A stretch of 63,960 nucleotides of DNA from assembly GCA_026389365.1 (NCBI GenBank), contig JAPLHZ010000113.1, positions 1 to 63,960 of the forward strand. The letters run 5' to 3'. Below the pieces are notes generated by a model. The model was not told the DNA's origin, searched no databases, and saw nothing but the letters and a program-made list of their open reading frames with translations. The translations under genes and the position numbers were made by a program. The DNA is from Cyanobacteriota bacterium (GTDB lineage: Bacteria; Cyanobacteriota; Cyanobacteriia; Leptolyngbyales; Leptolyngbyaceae). Within the stretch, counting starts at the first letter, position 1. Each line of letters begins with the position of its first letter. Shown here in pieces: positions 60,890 to 63,960 of this stretch.

Positions 60890-63841
60890 ATGAAATTAGC
60901 CGATATCCTCAAAGACTCAAACTACAAGCTATCGCAGTTCACGACGACTGAGATTGAACAGTTAGAGCAGAGCATTACCCTCAAGCCGTCTAAAAGCGGT
61001 GATGTTCCTTATATTGTTTGCTTGGTGCGGCAGAAGGCAATCAAGCTTACGCCAGAGGAGGCGGTCCGGCAGCTTTATTTGCAGGTTTTGACCGATCGCT
61101 TGCATTATCCGCTCAGTCGGATTCGGGTGGAGTATGGGGTCCACTTTGGGCGGGAGGTGAAGCGGGCGGACATTGTGGTGATGGATAAGGATCGCGGGGA
61201 TGCAGTGTATATCCTGATAGAACTGAAAAAGCCAAAACTAAAGGATGGTAAGGATCAATGTAAGTCTTACTGCAATGCAACGGGTGCGCCGATCGGTGTT
61301 TGGACGAATGGAGATCAAATCACCCAATATCAACGCAAAGATCCCAATTTCTTTGAGCCAATTCCGGCGGTGCCCTCTGCTCATCAAACCTTGGCGGATA
61401 TTTTACAGAAAAGGTTTACCTTGGATGATCTGAAAAAAATTAGCCGTGAGAACAGCCAACAATCCCTTAAAGCTGTGATTGCGGAAATGGAAGATGAAGT
61501 GTTGGCAAATGCTGGAGTTGATGTATTTGAAGAAGTGTTTAAGCTGATTTTTACCAAACTCTATGATGAATGGGCTTCTGGACGGAAGGGTCAAAGTGGC
61601 AAGCGGCAATTACAATTTTTCAACTCTGGACAGACGGAGACCGAACTCAAAGAGAAAATCCAAACTCTGTTTGATTCGGCTAAGAAGAAATGGCCGGGAA
61701 TTTTCAAACCGGATGAAAAGACCGCTCTAACAGGTTCACACTTGTCTGTTTGTGTGAGTTATTTAGAACTGCGTAAACTGTTTAACTCGAATTTGGACGT
61801 AGTGGATGAAGCCTTTGAATATCTGATTAACCAGAGTAGTAAGGGTGAAAAAGGGCAATACTTCACCCCGCGTTATGTGATTGATATGTGTGTCAAGATG
61901 CTCAATCCCAAAGAGCATGAATCGATCATTGATCCAGCGGCGGGATCATCTGGTTTCCCTGTCCATGCGATGTTTCATGTGTGGCGGCAAATTTATCTAG
62001 ATGAGGGGGAGGAGCCGAGCGATATGTTTACAGCGGAGGATAAGTTACCCCGTTGTGAAGATTATGTGCAAGAAAAGATATTTGCGATCGACTTTGATGA
62101 AAAGGCCGTTCGAGTGGCGCGGACATTGAATCTGATTGCGGGGGACGGGCAGACGAATGTGTTGCACCTGAATACGTTGGATTACAAGCGCTGGAATGAG
62201 CGATTACGCCCAGAGGAAGAAGATTGGCAGGCAATCTATGGTACTGGTTTCCGGCGGTTGCGCGGGTTCCAGATGAAGAAAGATGACTACAAAGCGTTCA
62301 AGTTCGACATTGTGATGGCAAATCCGCCGTTTGCGGGAGATATTAAAGAATCTTTGATTATCTCTAGTTATGAATTGACGAAAGATAAAGCAGGAAAGGC
62401 TAAGGGCGTTGGGCGCGATATTTTGTTCATTGAGCGGAACTTGGACTTTTTGAAGCCGGGTGGCAGAATGGCGATCGTTTTACCCCAAGGTCGTTTTAAC
62501 AATTCATCAGATAAGAATATTCGGGATTTTATTGCGGAACGGTGCCGGATTTTGTCGGTGGTGGGTTTGCATGGGAATACGTTTAAGCCACATACGGGAA
62601 CGAAGACTTCGGTGCTGTTGGTGCAGAAGTGGAATGATGATCCGAAGGCTGGGGCGCTGTGTCCGAGACGGGATGACTACAGTATCTTTTTTGCGACGAT
62701 GCAAAAATCGGGGAAGGATAATTCAGGGGAAAAGATCTATATCAAGAAATCAGATGGTTCTGGTGAACTGTTGCTTGATGAACACGATCACTTAATTGTC
62801 GATCATGATTTGTTTAATCATGATGGGCTGACACAAGATGGAATTGCTGAAGCCTTTATTGAATTTGCAAAAAAGGAGAAACTCAGTTTTTTTAAACTTA
62901 GCCCATCTATGACACCGTTTAATGCCGACAAGTATCAGCAGTTAATGGATGGGCTTGAAGCAGCAGTGATTAATCTTAGTGAATTAGAACGTACTCATAG
63001 AATTGACGCTGAATTTTTCAGAAAAGAATATCTTGAAGCCTCAGCCATACTAAAAATGAAGAGTGTGAATCCAATCACGGATTTTGTCAAAGTCTTTGAT
63101 GGTAACCACATGAAGATTAGTGAGAGCTTTACTGATTCTGGAGTTCCCTATTATAGAGGGCAAGATATGCATCATTTCTTCATTGAGCAATCATCTCCCA
63201 TTTATATAGATACTGAGGCTTATAATCTTCCGTATATGAAACGTTCTCACCTCAAAAAAGGTGATGTTCTTCTTTCAATTGTTGGCACGATCGGAAGTGT
63301 ATCTCTTGTGAAGACAAGTCAAGATGCGACATGTAACTGTAAACTCGCTATTCTACGAACTAAATCAATTAAACCTGAATATCTTGCCAGTTTTTTAAAG
63401 TCTAAATTTGGTCAAAGTCAGATTCAGCGTTTTACCCGTGGAGCAGTCCAAATGGGTTTAATCCTAGAGGATATGAATCAAATAGTGATTCCAGAATTTT
63501 CTAATCAATTTGAGAATACTATTTCTTCAATTATATTAATCTCAAATAATTATCTAAATCAATCTGACATTGAATATCAACAAGCTGAAGACTTACTATT
63601 GTCAGAGCTTGGCTTGAATGACTGGCAGCCGACTGAAGAGACGATCGCAATAAAAAGCTTTTCCGAATCATTTTTGTCTTCTGGTCGCTTTGATGCTGAG
63701 TACTATAGACCAAAATATGACGAGCTTTACGAATTGTTGAAAGTTTCTTGTTTAGAAAAAGAATGGGATTTAAGAAGGCTTAATAGCTTATCCTCTCTTT
63801 TTAAGTATGGGTCATCTGAGCCCAGGGCTATTTCATTCTGA
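60890..63841 (+). CDS. Single-chain restriction-modification-specificity fusion (PD-(D/E)XK nuclease + gamma-class N6-adenine methyltransferase + HsdS-like TRD), 3'-truncated
   Basis: ORF 60815-63841 (TTG); ATG 60890 is preferred. Nuclease D...ELK (ADIVVMD, ILIELKKP; 61169-61228). MTase motif I DPAAGSSGF and motif IV NPPF (62321-62332). HsdS-like half starts at RIDAEFFRKEY (62998). The second half starts at RFDAEYYRPKY (63686) and breaks off about 45 codons later. Confidence 0.75.
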   Translation: MKLADILKDSNYKLSQFTTTEIEQLEQSITLKPSKSGDVPYIVCLVRQKAIKLTPEEAVRQLYLQVLTDRLHYPLSRIRVEYGVHFGREVKRADIVVMDKDRGDAVYILIELKKPKLKDGKDQCKSYCNATGAPIGVWTNGDQITQYQRKDPNFFEPIPAVPSAHQTLADILQKRFTLDDLKKISRENSQQSLKAVIAEMEDEVLANAGVDVFEEVFKLIFTKLYDEWASGRKGQSGKRQLQFFNSGQTETELKEKIQTLFDSAKKKWPGIFKPDEKTALTGSHLSVCVSYLELRKLFNSNLDVVDEAFEYLINQSSKGEKGQYFTPRYVIDMCVKMLNPKEHESIIDPAAGSSGFPVHAMFHVWRQIYLDEGEEPSDMFTAEDKLPRCEDYVQEKIFAIDFDEKAVRVARTLNLIAGDGQTNVLHLNTLDYKRWNERLRPEEEDWQAIYGTGFRRLRGFQMKKDDYKAFKFDIVMANPPFAGDIKESLIISSYELTKDKAGKAKGVGRDILFIERNLDFLKPGGRMAIVLPQGRFNNSSDKNIRDFIAERCRILSVVGLHGNTFKPHTGTKTSVLLVQKWNDDPKAGALCPRRDDYSIFFATMQKSGKDNSGEKIYIKKSDGSGELLLDEHDHLIVDHDLFNHDGLTQDGIAEAFIEFAKKEKLSFFKLSPSMTPFNADKYQQLMDGLEAAVINLSELERTHRIDAEFFRKEYLEASAILKMKSVNPITDFVKVFDGNHMKISESFTDSGVPYYRGQDMHHFFIEQSSPIYIDTEAYNLPYMKRSHLKKGDVLLSIVGTIGSVSLVKTSQDATCNCKLAILRTKSIKPEYLASFLKSKFGQSQIQRFTRGAVQMGLILEDMNQIVIPEFSNQFENTISSIILISNNYLNQSDIEYQQAEDLLLSELGLNDWQPTEETIAIKSFSESFLSSGRFDAEYYRPKYDELYELLKVSCLEKEWDLRRLNSLSSLFKYGSSEPRAISF

Positions 63842-63959
63842 ATAGAAGTTTAAGTGTGTTAAGACTAAAGCTAGCCAGTCGCTGAGCTTGAGCCATATTT
63901 TCAAACCCAAGATCACGATATAAATTGAGGGAAACATTCCGCGCAATGGCCCAAATTTG
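63828..63959 (-). mobile_element. 3' end of a DDE transposase gene (ISAs1/IS4-like), partial, continues beyond the window
   Basis: Minus-strand frame open from the window edge: QIWAIARNVSLNLYRDLGFENMAQAQRLASFSLNTLKLLFRMK-stop (TAG at 63830-63828). Resembles C-termini of ISAs1-type transposases (from memory). Overlaps the last codons of the R-M-S ORF. Confidence 0.45.
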
Positions 63960-63960
63960 A

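Noticed and set aside
1-63960. Search for tRNA, rRNA, tmRNA/RNase P-like genes and CRISPR arrays
   Set aside because: I found no T-loop/acceptor-type patterns in intergenic DNA, no rRNA-like stretch, and no regularly spaced direct repeats with unique spacers. Only the short tandem repeats listed above were seen. An eye scan cannot exclude small ncRNAs.

Overview
This window is a chromosomal segment of a cyanobacterium. Supporting evidence: psbU, chlP, an RpaA-type regulator, ferredoxin-type GOGAT, dapL, cofG, a cyanobacterial-type RNase E with an Arg-rich tail, and very frequent HIP1 GCGATCGC octamers. It holds roughly 55 densely packed protein genes, mostly housekeeping. These include the str operon (rpsL-rpsG-fusA-tuf-rpsJ), a radical-SAM/rne/rnhB block, and amino-acid, cofactor and nucleotide metabolism genes. 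Signalling proteins are also present: a Ser/Thr kinase-WD40, two FHA proteins, a STAS protein and the RpaA-like regulator. I found no rRNA, tRNA or CRISPR array by eye. Mobile and defence content is small: an Rpn-family nuclease gene, a short transposase/Uma2-like relic, and a single-chain nuclease-methylase-specificity restriction enzyme at the right edge. The second specificity half of that enzyme is cut off by the 3' end of a transposase gene that runs off the window. I do not see a clear-cut multi-gene novel system. The best follow-up candidates are: (1) a threonine-synthase-type PLP enzyme flanked by two Gly-Gly sulfur-carrier genes; (2) the IS-truncated R-M-S fusion; (3) a metal-ligand-less dihydroorotase paralog coupled to a double histidine phosphatase; (4) an FHA-PrsW membrane protease fusion; (5) two unusual structured DNA/RNA elements, a perfect 20-bp inverted repeat enclosing a stop codon and a ~150-nt palindromic element. 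All calls come from reading translations and motifs by eye; family names are from memory and no searches were run.
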